Assembly: GCA_049287065.1 (NCBI GenBank)
Contig: JBAQFB010000008.1
Coordinates: 118,071-182,070 of the forward strand
Source of the DNA: Candidatus Nanopelagicaceae bacterium
GTDB taxonomy: Bacteria; Actinomycetota; Actinomycetes; Nanopelagicales; Nanopelagicaceae
Length of the DNA: 64,000 nucleotides
Direction: 5' to 3'
Shown: positions 46,960-56,624 of the stretch, one piece after another
Numbering within the stretch: position 1 is the stretch's first letter
Layout of the letters: each line of letters opens with the position of its first letter
Position numbers and translations under genes: made by a program
The notes under the pieces: generated by a model
The model's database searches: none
What the model was told of the DNA's origin: nothing
What the model saw: only the letters and a program-made list of their open reading frames with translations

Positions 46960-49900
46960 GTGACGACCTCAACTCCGCAAACCCTGCGCCAAGCTCTCGC
47001 AGAGCGAACCGTTATTGTTGATGGCGCCATGGGCACGATGCTCCAGGCCGCAAACCCCACCATGGAAGATTTCCAAGGTCACGAGGGATGCAATGAGATC
47101 CTCAACGTCAGCAGGCCAGATATCGTGCGTAGCGTCCATGAGGAGTATCTATCCATCGGTGTGGATGCAATTGAGACAAACACTTTCGGTGCCAACTGGG
47201 CGAATTTAGCCGAGTATGGAATCGAGGATCGTATCTACGAACTCGCCTATGCAGGGGGAGTTCTGGCGCGGGCGAGTGCCGATAAATTTAGTACACCTCT
47301 TCAACAAAGATATGTCTTGGGGTCGCTCGGTCCAGGCACAAAACTGCCAAGTTTGGGACACACGACGTATCAAAAATTGAAGGACGCTTACTACCTTGCG
47401 TCGAAAGGTTTGGTGGATGCGGGTGTAGATGGACTTCTCGTAGAAACAGCGCAAGATCTATTGCAAGCCAAAGCCGCCATAAATGGCGCTCGTGTCGCAA
47501 TCGAGGAGAGTGGTCGCGACGTCCTCTTGATTGCGCAAGTCACTGTCGAGACCACCGGCACAATGCTGTTGGGTTCGGAAATTGGAGCGGCGTTAAATGC
47601 TCTCGAACCACTGGGTATTGATCTCATAGGACTCAATTGCGCAACTGGACCCGCTGAGATGTCGGAGCATTTGAGATATCTCAGCAAATCCTCGCGCGCC
47701 GGAATTTCTGTCATGCCTAATGCCGGGCTTCCCATTCTCGGCCCGGATGGTGCAACGTACCCATTAACGCCGAAGGAATTAGCTGCAGCGCTCAGTGTTT
47801 TCGTAAACGAGTACGGCGTTTCCTTGGTGGGTGGATGTTGCGGAACTACTCCTGCGCATTTATTGGAGGTTGTTCGCGTCCTCAAAGGGTCTGTCCCCGC
47901 AAAAAGAAATCCGCAAGCTGAACCGGGAGCCTCTTCGCTCTATCAATATGTGCCTTTTCGGCAAGATCTCGCTTACATGGCAATTGGAGAGCGAACAAAC
48001 TCAAATGGTTCGCGTGCGTTTAGAGATGCGCTCCTAGCAGAGGACTGGCAGTCCTGCGTCGAGATTGCACGCGATCAGATTCGAGATGGTGCGCACATGC
48101 TTGATCTCTCGGTCGATTATGTTGGTCGCGACGGCGTAAAAGACATGCAAGAACTCTCTAGTCGATTTGCAACTTCATCGACTCTTCCAATCATGCTCGA
48201 CTCCACCGAACCTCCCGTGATCAAGGCAGGGCTCGAACAACTCGGAGGACGTTGCATAATCAACTCGGTAAATTTTGAGGACGGGGACGGCCCTAATTCG
48301 CGTTTCGCCCGTGTCATGCCTCTCGTCAAGGAGCATGGGGCTGCCGTAGTTGCTCTCACAATTGATGAAGCGGGACAGGCGCGCGATACCGAATGGAAAG
48401 TGCGTGTCGCCCGCAGGCTTATCGAGGAATTAACTGGGAAATGGGGTCTGGCCACCGGCGATATTTTGATTGACTGCCTCACCTTTCCGATTGCCACAGG
48501 TCAGGAAGAAACCCGACGCGATGGAATTGAGACCATCAATGCCATTCGACAGATAAAGATTGATTTTCCAGACGTGCAAACTACCCTAGGTGTCAGCAAC
48601 GTATCTTTCGGACTCAATCCGGCGGCGCGCATTGTCCTTAACTCAGTATTTCTCCATGAGGCCGCACTGGTAGGTCTGGACTCGGCGATTGTCCACCCTT
48701 CAAAAATCACGCCGATGGCACGTATAGAGGCGCGCGCGAAAGAGGTCGCACTGGATCTCATTTATGACCGCCGCCGGTACGAGAACGACCAATGCGTTTA
48801 TGACCCGCTGACGGAATTTCTAAACCTTTTCGACGGCGTTGAAGTGGCCTCTTCCAAACTCACCAGAGCGGCGGAATTAGCTGCACTTCCACTTACGGAG
48901 CGGCTTACCCGACGGATCATCGACGGAGAGAAGGTCGGCTTGGAAATCGATCTTCAGGAAGCATTGAATCAAGGGATCGCTCCACTGGAAGTCATTAATA
49001 GATTTCTACTTGAGGGCATGAAGGAAGTAGGCGAGCTCTTTGGGCGCGGCGAGATGCAACTTCCGTTTGTTCTGCAAAGCGCGGAAGTAATGAAGACTGC
49101 CGTTGCATTCCTCGAACCGTTTATGGAGAAAAGCGGCGAGGACGGCAGGGGAGTGATCGTTCTGGCCACAGTACGCGGAGACGTTCACGATATCGGGAAG
49201 AATTTGGTTGACATCATTCTTTCCAATAATGGTTACCGCACTGTCAACATTGGTATTAAGCAGACAATAAACCAGATCATTGATGCGGCCACAGAGTCGA
49301 AAGCAGATGTAATCGGAATGAGCGGTCTCCTGGTTAAGTCCACTGTCATCATGAAGGAGAATCTTGAGGAGATCACCTCTCGTGGCCTAGATCAGAATTG
49401 GCCAATCGTGCTGGGGGGAGCGGCTTTGACCCGCGCTTATGTCGAGCAAGATCTGGCGGGGAAGTTCCCGGGGGAAGTCCGCTACGCGCGCGATGCTTTC
49501 GAAGGCTTGCGTCTTATGGACACCATTATGGCAATCAAACGGGGCGACCCTGACGCAGCATTGCCACCGCTACGCGAGCGACGAGTACGGGTAAGTTCTC
49601 AAGTTAGTGAAGACCACGTCATCGACACTTCGCCAAGTGATGTGGCCACTGATGTCCGCATACCAACTCCTCCATTCTGGGGCAGCAGAATTATTAAGGG
49701 TGTTGCACTAGCTGAGTATTCAGGGATGTTGGATGAACGTGCCCTCTACGTGGGGCAGTGGGGGCTTAAAGGAGCCCGCGGGGAATATGAAATGATGGCA
49801 GAGACGGAGGGGCGCCCACAGCTTAGAAAACTTCTCAACGATGCTCTCTCACAGGGTTGGCTCAACGCCGCCGTCGTATATGGATATTTCCCGTGCGTTA

Positions 49901-50454
49901 GTGAAGGTAATGACCTCATCGTTTTGCACCATGAGGGAGCGCTCAAAGGCGAAGAACGAGTCAGGTTTACTTTCCCCCGGCAACGCAGGGATCGGCGCCT
50001 CTGTTTGGCCGATTTCTTCGCGTCAAAAGACTCTGGCAGAGCCGACGTCGTTGCATTCCAAATTGTCACGATGGGAAGTGCTGTAAGCGAGGCCACAGGC
50101 AAGCTCTTCGCTGCCAACGCCTATCGTGATTATCTTGAACTCCACGGACTCTCTGTGCAACTAACTGAAGCATTGGCCGAACATTGGCACGCTCGCGTGC
50201 GTGAAGAAATGCACGTAAATGACCAGGATTCTCCCGAGCTCCAGGGAATTCTGGATCAAGGTTATCGAGGATCGCGATATTCATTTGGCTATCCAGCATG
50301 CCCCGACCTTGAGCAACAAGTTCAACTCTGTGAACTTCTAGAGCCTGAACGAATCGGAGTGGAACTTTCGGAGGGTTTCCAGTTGCACCCAGAGCAGTCG
50401 ACTTCCGCCATCATCGTTCACCATCCGGAAGCGAAGTACTTCAATGCGAATTAA
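46960..50454 (+). CDS. metH: cobalamin-dependent methionine synthase
   Basis: All modules are present: Hcy-binding (VDGAMGTMLQ, GGCCGTTP), pterin-binding, the B12-binding DVHDIGKN motif, and the C-terminal AdoMet activation domain. The GTG at 46960 gives an N-terminus colinear with E. coli MetH. The ORF-track start at 46885 overlaps the PAC2 gene. Confidence 0.95.
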   Translation: MTTSTPQTLRQALAERTVIVDGAMGTMLQAANPTMEDFQGHEGCNEILNVSRPDIVRSVHEEYLSIGVDAIETNTFGANWANLAEYGIEDRIYELAYAGGVLARASADKFSTPLQQRYVLGSLGPGTKLPSLGHTTYQKLKDAYYLASKGLVDAGVDGLLVETAQDLLQAKAAINGARVAIEESGRDVLLIAQVTVETTGTMLLGSEIGAALNALEPLGIDLIGLNCATGPAEMSEHLRYLSKSSRAGISVMPNAGLPILGPDGATYPLTPKELAAALSVFVNEYGVSLVGGCCGTTPAHLLEVVRVLKGSVPAKRNPQAEPGASSLYQYVPFRQDLAYMAIGERTNSNGSRAFRDALLAEDWQSCVEIARDQIRDGAHMLDLSVDYVGRDGVKDMQELSSRFATSSTLPIMLDSTEPPVIKAGLEQLGGRCIINSVNFEDGDGPNSRFARVMPLVKEHGAAVVALTIDEAGQARDTEWKVRVARRLIEELTGKWGLATGDILIDCLTFPIATGQEETRRDGIETINAIRQIKIDFPDVQTTLGVSNVSFGLNPAARIVLNSVFLHEAALVGLDSAIVHPSKITPMARIEARAKEVALDLIYDRRRYENDQCVYDPLTEFLNLFDGVEVASSKLTRAAELAALPLTERLTRRIIDGEKVGLEIDLQEALNQGIAPLEVINRFLLEGMKEVGELFGRGEMQLPFVLQSAEVMKTAVAFLEPFMEKSGEDGRGVIVLATVRGDVHDIGKNLVDIILSNNGYRTVNIGIKQTINQIIDAATESKADVIGMSGLLVKSTVIMKENLEEITSRGLDQNWPIVLGGAALTRAYVEQDLAGKFPGEVRYARDAFEGLRLMDTIMAIKRGDPDAALPPLRERRVRVSSQVSEDHVIDTSPSDVATDVRIPTPPFWGSRIIKGVALAEYSGMLDERALYVGQWGLKGARGEYEMMAETEGRPQLRKLLNDALSQGWLNAAVVYGYFPCVSEGNDLIVLHHEGALKGEERVRFTFPRQRRDRRLCLADFFASKDSGRADVVAFQIVTMGSAVSEATGKLFAANAYRDYLELHGLSVQLTEALAEHWHARVREEMHVNDQDSPELQGILDQGYRGSRYSFGYPACPDLEQQVQLCELLEPERIGVELSEGFQLHPEQSTSAIIVHHPEAKYFNAN

Positions 50455-50475
50455 CCAGCAATTTGGCGGGCACGA

Positions 50476-51159
50476 GTGAATCCACAGGACGGCACTTTCT
50501 TCAGTGCAATTCTCTTTGATATGGATGGAACCCTTGTCAATACGGAGCCGCTCTGGTTGGTAAGTGAAACTGAACTCATGAATGAATACGGGTATGCCTG
50601 GACGTCCCAGGATCAGGCAAATTGCCTAGGTGGTCCACTAGATCGCGTGGGCGAATATATGCACGACTTAGCTGGCAAAGTTGAAAGCCCGGAGTTTTTC
50701 AGAGATTCCCTCATTGCTCGCATGGCTGAAAAACTCCATAAGGGCGCGGTGCTGATGGATGGCGCCGATGAACTGTTGCAAGTTTGTGCGCAGTTCGGTA
50801 TCCCTGTCGCACTCGTGTCGGCCAGCCCAAGAGTCCTAATAAACGCGGTCTTAGAAAGTCTGCCGGATCATCGTTTTCTGGTCTCGATCTCAAGTGATGA
50901 CGTGAAAAATACCAAGCCAGATCCGGAAGGGTATTTGAAATCTGCGGATCTGTTGGGTGTGAATATCACCGAGTGCCTCATTCTTGAAGATTCGCTCACT
51001 GGAGTGAAAGCGGCGCAAGCAAGTGGCGGTTTCGTAGTGGCAATTCCACATCTCGTTCCGATAGTGGAAAGCGCGCGTGTGAAGGTAGTGAATACGGTCC
51101 GAGAATTGGATCGTGAGAAATTGATCTCCTTATTTAACGAATGGAATCCTAATCCGTAA
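50476..51159 (+). CDS. HAD-superfamily hydrolase (beta-phosphoglucomutase/phosphatase-like)
   Basis: Motif I ILFDMDGTLVNTE, motif II VSASP, and motif IV EDSLTGVKAAQASG. Confidence 0.85.
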   Translation: MNPQDGTFFSAILFDMDGTLVNTEPLWLVSETELMNEYGYAWTSQDQANCLGGPLDRVGEYMHDLAGKVESPEFFRDSLIARMAEKLHKGAVLMDGADELLQVCAQFGIPVALVSASPRVLINAVLESLPDHRFLVSISSDDVKNTKPDPEGYLKSADLLGVNITECLILEDSLTGVKAAQASGGFVVAIPHLVPIVESARVKVVNTVRELDREKLISLFNEWNPNP

Positions 51160-51904
51160 AGGCTGGACAGATACTCTTGAATGAACACCAGTCGCATAAT
51201 CGTGAGGGCTTAGGTTGCCAAGCCTCTAATTCAATCGCAGTCAGAATGTCGTCAGCGATTGCAATGAGTTTCTTCTCAGTATTTTCAAGTTGAGATTGAG
51301 TTGGCGTGCTACGAAGCAGTTGACCGTCACCCAGGTAGATCAGTTGGAGTAGTCGGGGGAGCACCCCCTCATTTCGCCAATAGATCAGGGCGTAGATCCT
51401 AAGTTGGAAGAGTGCCTTCTCTTCCCATCCTGGTTTGGGACCTTTCCCAGTTTTGTAATCGACTATCCGCACTTCGCCAGTGCCAGCAATATCCAAACGA
51501 TCTATATAACCATGAAGATAAATTTCCTCAGACAGATCCATTTCCAGATGCAACTCACGCGAGGTGGGTTCAAAAGCAGCGGGGGACTCCAACGTGAAAT
51601 AGGTTGTTAGTAGCGAGGAAGCTCGATCCAACCACTCTTTCATATCTATGCCGCGCTCTTGCAGGGCCGGCTTCGCGTCAACCTGGGATTGCCAAATCTC
51701 CGGGAGTATTTCTAGCGCCGTGTCGAGGGTCCGCAAGAGGGCGGGAGAATCAAATAACTTCTCTAGGACTGTGTGTACGAGCGTGCCGCGCTCCGCATCC
51801 AGACTGACCGGTTCTGGTAATTGATCAATGGCGCGGAACTTGTACAACTGGGGGCAATTGGAAAAATCGTTCACGCGGCTGGGCGAGAGCCGGATTTTAC
51901 TCAT
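51149..51904 (-). CDS. RecB-family (PD-(D/E)XK, Cas4-like) exonuclease
   Basis: SPSRVNDFSNCPQLYKF, GYIDRLD...IVDYKTGK (nuclease core) and the C-terminal CDWCSFKSIC form a Cas4/AddB-type 4-Cys arrangement. The ATG at 51904 is preferred over the ORF-track start at 51997. Confidence 0.84.
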   Translation of the reverse strand: MSKIRLSPSRVNDFSNCPQLYKFRAIDQLPEPVSLDAERGTLVHTVLEKLFDSPALLRTLDTALEILPEIWQSQVDAKPALQERGIDMKEWLDRASSLLTTYFTLESPAAFEPTSRELHLEMDLSEEIYLHGYIDRLDIAGTGEVRIVDYKTGKGPKPGWEEKALFQLRIYALIYWRNEGVLPRLLQLIYLGDGQLLRSTPTQSQLENTEKKLIAIADDILTAIELEAWQPKPSRLCDWCSFKSICPAFTD

Positions 51905-51955
51905 GTAGGCGAAGATACACGCCAGAGGCAGCCCGTTCGCGCCTAAGATGCTCCC

Positions 51956-52810
51956 GTGTCTATTCCTGGAATTTTCGGCGCCGGCGATCGCGTCCAATTA
52001 ACTGATGCCAAAGGCAAACTCTATAGTTTTACGATCACGCCTGGGAAAGAGTGGCATACGCACAAAGGGTGGATTGTTCACGATGAATTGATTGGAGTGC
52101 CTGAAGGTTCGGTCGTCGAAACCAGTGCGGGTCTCAAATTCACTGCATTCAAACCGCTTCTGGCTGATTACGTCCTTTCCATGCCACGCGGAGCAACCAT
52201 CATTTATCCCAAGGATGCCGCACTGATTCTTGGGTTTGCAGATATTTATCCGGGTGCACGTGTCCTTGAAGCTGGCGTCGGAAGTGGCGCGCTCACCCTA
52301 TCCCTCTTACGCGCCGTCGGCGCGGAGGGTCACGTACATTCAGTGGAGCGAAGAGACGAATTCGCGGCCAATGCGACTTCCAATGTCACAAATTATTTTG
52401 GACAGCGTCCGATCAATTGGACCTTGGCAATTGGATCGCTACAGGAGCAAGAATTCCATGAGAGTTTCGATCGAGTCATCTTGGACATGCTGGCACCCTG
52501 GGAGTGCATCGCTCTTGCATCGCAAGTTCTACGACCGGGTGGTGTTTTCCTAGCCTACGTAGCGACCACAACGCAGCTCTCTGAAACCGCAGAGGCACTC
52601 AAAAATGACGGCTCCTTCACCGAACCTGAAAGTTCAGAGTCTCTCGTCCGAGGGTGGCATCACGAAGGATTAGCAGTACGCCCGCAACATCGGATGATTG
52701 GACACACGGGCTTTTTAATCCAATCAAGACGCATGGCACCGGGGGTTCAAGTGCTAGCCAGACGGCGGCGCCCATCCAAGGGAGGATACGATGGCATCGC
52801 GCAAGAGTGA
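51956..52810 (+). CDS. trmI: tRNA (adenine58-N1)-methyltransferase TrmI
   Basis: 284 aa. N-terminal beta domain (GDRVQLTDAKGKLYSF) plus the SAM motif VLEAGVGSGALTLSLLRAVG and DRVILDM. GTG start. Confidence 0.87.
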   Translation: MSIPGIFGAGDRVQLTDAKGKLYSFTITPGKEWHTHKGWIVHDELIGVPEGSVVETSAGLKFTAFKPLLADYVLSMPRGATIIYPKDAALILGFADIYPGARVLEAGVGSGALTLSLLRAVGAEGHVHSVERRDEFAANATSNVTNYFGQRPINWTLAIGSLQEQEFHESFDRVILDMLAPWECIALASQVLRPGGVFLAYVATTTQLSETAEALKNDGSFTEPESSESLVRGWHHEGLAVRPQHRMIGHTGFLIQSRRMAPGVQVLARRRRPSKGGYDGIAQE

Positions 52811-53741
52811 GAGACTGATAAATCTCACAATCGCCCTTCTTGCAACGCGTCGCTATCTGACGAAGTCGGAAATTTTCCGCAGCATAGAGGGCTACGAAGG
52901 TGAACCGTCTTCGATGGAGCGGATGTTTGAACGGGATAAAGACGATCTTCGCAATCTTGGCATCGTTATAGATGTTCGAGGAGTTGATCCCGGCTTTGAA
53001 GACGAACCTGGATATCGAATTCATCCAGAGAGTTACTCCCTCAATTTAGGAGGATTGACAGGCACTGAGATCGCACTTCTCTCCTTGGCTGCAGAAGCTT
53101 GGCGTGGCGCAGCCCTCGGCGAATCTGCGCATTCCGCACTTATCAAGTTACGCTCACTCGGCATCGCATCAGATTTTGACGCACTTCCTAATCTCTCTCC
53201 TAGAGTCCAAGTGAGTTCTAACGCTTTTGTACCACTTGCCCGAGCAATTGGAGACTGCTCAACAGTGAATTTCAAATACCGCTCAGCAGAACTCAACGAT
53301 GAGAAACGGGTGCTAAATCCTTATGGAATGGGAAGTAGAAAAGGCAACTGGTATCTCATAGGTGAAGATTTAGATCGGAAGGCATTGCGGACTTTCCGGC
53401 TAGATCGGATTGTCGGTGAAGTAGAGATAGTTTCTAAACCGGGTGCCTTCGCGACGGCTCCCGATTTTCAGGTGCTAACTTTTCTCGATTCTAACCTCTT
53501 TGAGCCGCGCGACGTTGCCCAGCTTCGCATTCGCAGAGGGCGCGGTCATGCCCTCCGAGTTGAGGCGCGTACGCTCTCATCGGATGATCAATTTGACCTG
53601 TGCGAGGTGTCCTATTCAGATGAGGACGGATTCATTGATTCCATTCTCTGGCATGGTGATGACGTAGTAATCCTTACTCCGATTGGTTTGCGAGAAAAAG
53701 TGGTTTCGCGACTGCACAGCCTGGTAGAGACGCATGGCTGA
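52791..53741 (+). CDS. pafB: WYL-domain transcriptional regulator PafB
   Basis: 316 aa. SERLINLTIALLATRRYLTKSEI HTH and the WYL core (GNWYLIGEDLDRKALRTFRLDRI). Paired with pafC upstream of tatA-tatC, as in other actinobacteria. Confidence 0.85.
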   Translation: MASRKSERLINLTIALLATRRYLTKSEIFRSIEGYEGEPSSMERMFERDKDDLRNLGIVIDVRGVDPGFEDEPGYRIHPESYSLNLGGLTGTEIALLSLAAEAWRGAALGESAHSALIKLRSLGIASDFDALPNLSPRVQVSSNAFVPLARAIGDCSTVNFKYRSAELNDEKRVLNPYGMGSRKGNWYLIGEDLDRKALRTFRLDRIVGEVEIVSKPGAFATAPDFQVLTFLDSNLFEPRDVAQLRIRRGRGHALRVEARTLSSDDQFDLCEVSYSDEDGFIDSILWHGDDVVILTPIGLREKVVSRLHSLVETHG

Positions 53742-53744
53742 AAT

Positions 53745-54710
53745 ATGACAAGGAAGATTATCAAAAGAGATGCGAATCCAGCGTTGGAGCGGGCCAGTCG
53801 TCTACTAGATCTGGTTCCATTCTTGGCTACCCACCAAGGGATAGCAATCGAGGATCTGGCAAAAGAATTCTCGATCTCGACTTCCGAAATTGCTAACGAC
53901 CTGACGACACTTTGGATGTGTGGACTTCCTGGCTACACCGCGCTCGAGCTAATGGATCTTTCCTTCGAATCGGGTTTCGTGACCATTTCGAACGCGGAAA
54001 CCTTGGCACGTCCACGAGCACTCGATCGAAATGAAGTGCTCTCGCTCATCCTCGGTTTAGAGACCATGCTAGAGAGCACGTCTTCACTGAAGAATTCGCT
54101 ATCTGAGCAAATTGGTTTGCTCATCGAAAAGTTATCAAGGTCCCTAGATATCGTTCGCCTGATTCAAGCGGGCACCGCGTCCTCCTCGACTATTCGCGGC
54201 GAGATAGAAGTCTCAATCAGATCTCGGATCCCTCTTGAGATTGAGTATCACTCGGCGACTCGTGATGAGATAAGCAACCGGGTCATACATCCGCTGGAAT
54301 TCATTTCACCCTCCGACTCAAACCCTCACGAGTATCTGTATGCATTTTGCGAACTCTCAAGGGGTTATCGAACTTTTAGAGTTGACCGAATCCTGAAGAC
54401 CATTACCGCCCAAAATGTCCAGCCTTATTCAAATCGAGAAGACACCATTTCCGAACCCGCGGCGAATAGAACGAATAGAATTGTGGTAGAAATCGCCTCA
54501 CGCGAACGTGACGTTGTCGAACGATTCAATCTTTCCCCGACGAGTCTCAGGGATAATTCAACCAAGGAAGCAGTCGTGGAGAGTTTCACCCCTGACTGGG
54601 CAATACGAGAAATCATGAGTTTCGGGGGAGAGGTCGCCCTGAAATCTCCCCAGGATCTGAGGGAATCGCTCCGCCAACGCTCTTTGCGGGCGCTGGGCGG
54701 ATATATCTAA
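53745..54710 (+). CDS. pafC: WYL-domain transcriptional regulator PafC
   Basis: 321 aa. RLLDLVPFLATHQGIAIEDLAKEFSIS HTH and the WYL-like core (YLYAFCELSRGYRTFRVDRI). Confidence 0.85.
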   Translation: MTRKIIKRDANPALERASRLLDLVPFLATHQGIAIEDLAKEFSISTSEIANDLTTLWMCGLPGYTALELMDLSFESGFVTISNAETLARPRALDRNEVLSLILGLETMLESTSSLKNSLSEQIGLLIEKLSRSLDIVRLIQAGTASSSTIRGEIEVSIRSRIPLEIEYHSATRDEISNRVIHPLEFISPSDSNPHEYLYAFCELSRGYRTFRVDRILKTITAQNVQPYSNREDTISEPAANRTNRIVVEIASRERDVVERFNLSPTSLRDNSTKEAVVESFTPDWAIREIMSFGGEVALKSPQDLRESLRQRSLRALGGYI

Positions 54711-54781
54711 TATTCTGAGGTAGCGTTACCTCCGTATTACCCCGTAGATATGTGCCAGCCAAGAAGTAGGAGATTATTGCG

Positions 54782-54967
54782 ATGTTCCTGAGAGAACCTA
54801 GTCACATTCTTATTCTTTTGCTTGTTCTTGTTCTCCTCTTCGGAGCAAAGCGTCTGCCAGATTCTGCTCGCTCCCTTGCACGCTCATTGCGAATTTTCAA
54901 GAGTGAAATTAAAGAAGTCAATGAGGATGAGAAGAAGAAGGATGGCGAAGGCCACACGGAGAAGTAA
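54782..54967 (+). CDS. tatA: twin-arginine translocase subunit TatA
   Basis: 61 aa. A single TM helix followed by [28 protein letters not shown] and an acidic/basic tail. Confidence 0.9.
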   Translation: MFLREPSHILILLLVLVLLFGAKRLPDSARSLARSLRIFKSEIKEVNEDEKKKDGEGHTEK

Positions 54968-54996
54968 TTTTGAAGGCGGCCACCACCGGCGGTCGA

Positions 54997-55755
54997 ATGC
55001 CGCTACTCGAACATTTGCGGGAGTTCCGACGTCGTACCGTACGATCTGCCGTTGTCATTTTGCTGGCTTCTATAGCGGGTTGGTTCTTCTATAACCCAAT
55101 TATCACCCGCTTGGCTCTGCCGGTGTGCGATTTGGCGAAAGCTCAAGCGGCCAACGCGACACACTGTGGCTCCCTCTACATAAATGGCGTACTCGGCCCG
55201 CTTAACCTGCAGATCAAGGTGGCCCTCCTCACCGGGCTAATCTTTTCCGCTCCGCTCTGGCTTTATCAAATGTGGGCCTTTGTCGCACCTGGACTGCACC
55301 GAAAGGAGAGACGGAACTCGATTCTCTTCATACTCAGCGCAACACCCTTCTTCGCAGCGGGAGCGACACTCGGCTACTTCATTCTTCCCGTCGCGATCCG
55401 AGTACTTTTTGGTTTTACTCCACAATCACTTACCAATTTGGTGAAGTTTGATGATTACTTAGATTTTGTGTTAAGAATTATTCTCTTGTTTGGGTTGGCT
55501 TTCGAGCTCCCGATCTTTCTCGTAGCACTCAACTTAGTCGGCTTCATTTCTGGCAAAGCGATACTCCGTCCCTGGAGGATCTGGATCTTTGGAATTACCC
55601 TCTTCACTGCCGCATTCACTCCGACGGGCGATCCGATGACGATGGCTCTTCTTGCGGTGCCTCTTTGCCTGTTTTACTTTATGGCCGGCGGTATCGCGCT
55701 CCTCGTCGATCGACGGCGCGACAAACGTCGAGCGAAAGATATCGGTGACGCCTGA
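54997..55755 (+). CDS. tatC: twin-arginine translocase subunit TatC
   Basis: MPLLEHLREFRRR N-terminus (ATG at 54997; the ORF-track TTG at 54970 is the alternative). Six hydrophobic segments and the conserved FxxPxxxYQxWxFVxPGL motif. Confidence 0.9.
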   Translation: MPLLEHLREFRRRTVRSAVVILLASIAGWFFYNPIITRLALPVCDLAKAQAANATHCGSLYINGVLGPLNLQIKVALLTGLIFSAPLWLYQMWAFVAPGLHRKERRNSILFILSATPFFAAGATLGYFILPVAIRVLFGFTPQSLTNLVKFDDYLDFVLRIILLFGLAFELPIFLVALNLVGFISGKAILRPWRIWIFGITLFTAAFTPTGDPMTMALLAVPLCLFYFMAGGIALLVDRRRDKRRAKDIGDA

Positions 55756-56624
55756 TGTGGGCAGTCGTCATCAATCCAATTTCTGGAGAAGGAAAGGGTG
55801 CCGCATTCGGAACCCGGGTAATCAACTTCTTCAATTCAAGGGGGATTGATTATCGAATAGTTACGGGTGCAACAGCCAATCTCACCAGTAAGAACCTCGC
55901 CACCTTTCTTTCAGAACAGCAAGAATGTGCTGGAGTTATAGCAGTCGGCGGAGACGGGCTTGTTCACTTGGTCATTCAACAGTTGGCACAGACCAATATT
56001 CCACTCGCGGTGATTCCAGCCGGAACGGGCAATGACACATGTCGAACTTTGGGATGGCCACTCGACAATTTGGAATTCATTCTGGAAAGTGTTTTAACTC
56101 GGGATCCTCAATATATTGACCTGGGGATAGTGGATGGGGAGTGGTTTTCGGCGATTCTCTCCACAGGCTTCGACTCGGTCGTAAATGAGCGGGCCAACAC
56201 CTTCAAGTGGCCAAAAGGACCGATGAAATACAACGCTGCAATTGCTCGAGAGTTGCCCGGCTTTAAGCCACGGGAGTACGAAATTAAACTCGATGGCACT
56301 ACCTACTCCACCAGAGCAATGCTCATCGCGGTTGGGAATGGAATTTCATACGGAGGCGGAATGAAAGTCTGTCCAAATGCGTTGCTTCATGACGGTCTCT
56401 TCGATGTCATGATTCTTCATCCAATTTCCAAATTGGAATTTATGCGAGTCTTCCCAAAAGTTTATTCGGGAGCACATGTTACTCACCCGGCCGTTAAATT
56501 TTTTCGAAGCAAAGAGGTGAGCATTTCCTCCAATGCCGTTGCTTATGCCGATGGGGAGAGAGTCGGTCCCTTACCGGTGCACGCCGAGTCAGTTCCTTCA
56601 GCACTACTTACCTGGCTGCAATGA
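55755..56624 (+). CDS. diacylglycerol/lipid kinase family protein (YegS/BmrU-like)
   Basis: 289 aa. Has VINPISGEGKG, VGGDGLVHLV and PAGTGND motifs. TGATG overlap with tatC. Confidence 0.85.
   Translation: MWAVVINPISGEGKGAAFGTRVINFFNSRGIDYRIVTGATANLTSKNLATFLSEQQECAGVIAVGGDGLVHLVIQQLAQTNIPLAVIPAGTGNDTCRTLGWPLDNLEFILESVLTRDPQYIDLGIVDGEWFSAILSTGFDSVVNERANTFKWPKGPMKYNAAIARELPGFKPREYEIKLDGTTYSTRAMLIAVGNGISYGGGMKVCPNALLHDGLFDVMILHPISKLEFMRVFPKVYSGAHVTHPAVKFFRSKEVSISSNAVAYADGERVGPLPVHAESVPSALLTWLQ

Noticed and set aside
52700-52900. A hidden small pup-like ORF (about 60-70 aa ending in GGQ or GGE) at the trmI-pafB junction.
   Set aside because: trmI and pafB overlap by 20 nt. No small ORF in any frame here or elsewhere in the track ends in GGQ or GGE with a Pup-like acidic helix.
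54717-54732. The hairpin GAGGUA-gcgu-UACCUC immediately after the pafC stop, as a terminator between pafC and tatA.
   Set aside because: It is only a 6-bp stem and is followed by CGUAUUACCCC rather than a U-tract. It may be a weak attenuator or a processing site, but it is not supportable as an intrinsic terminator from sequence alone.
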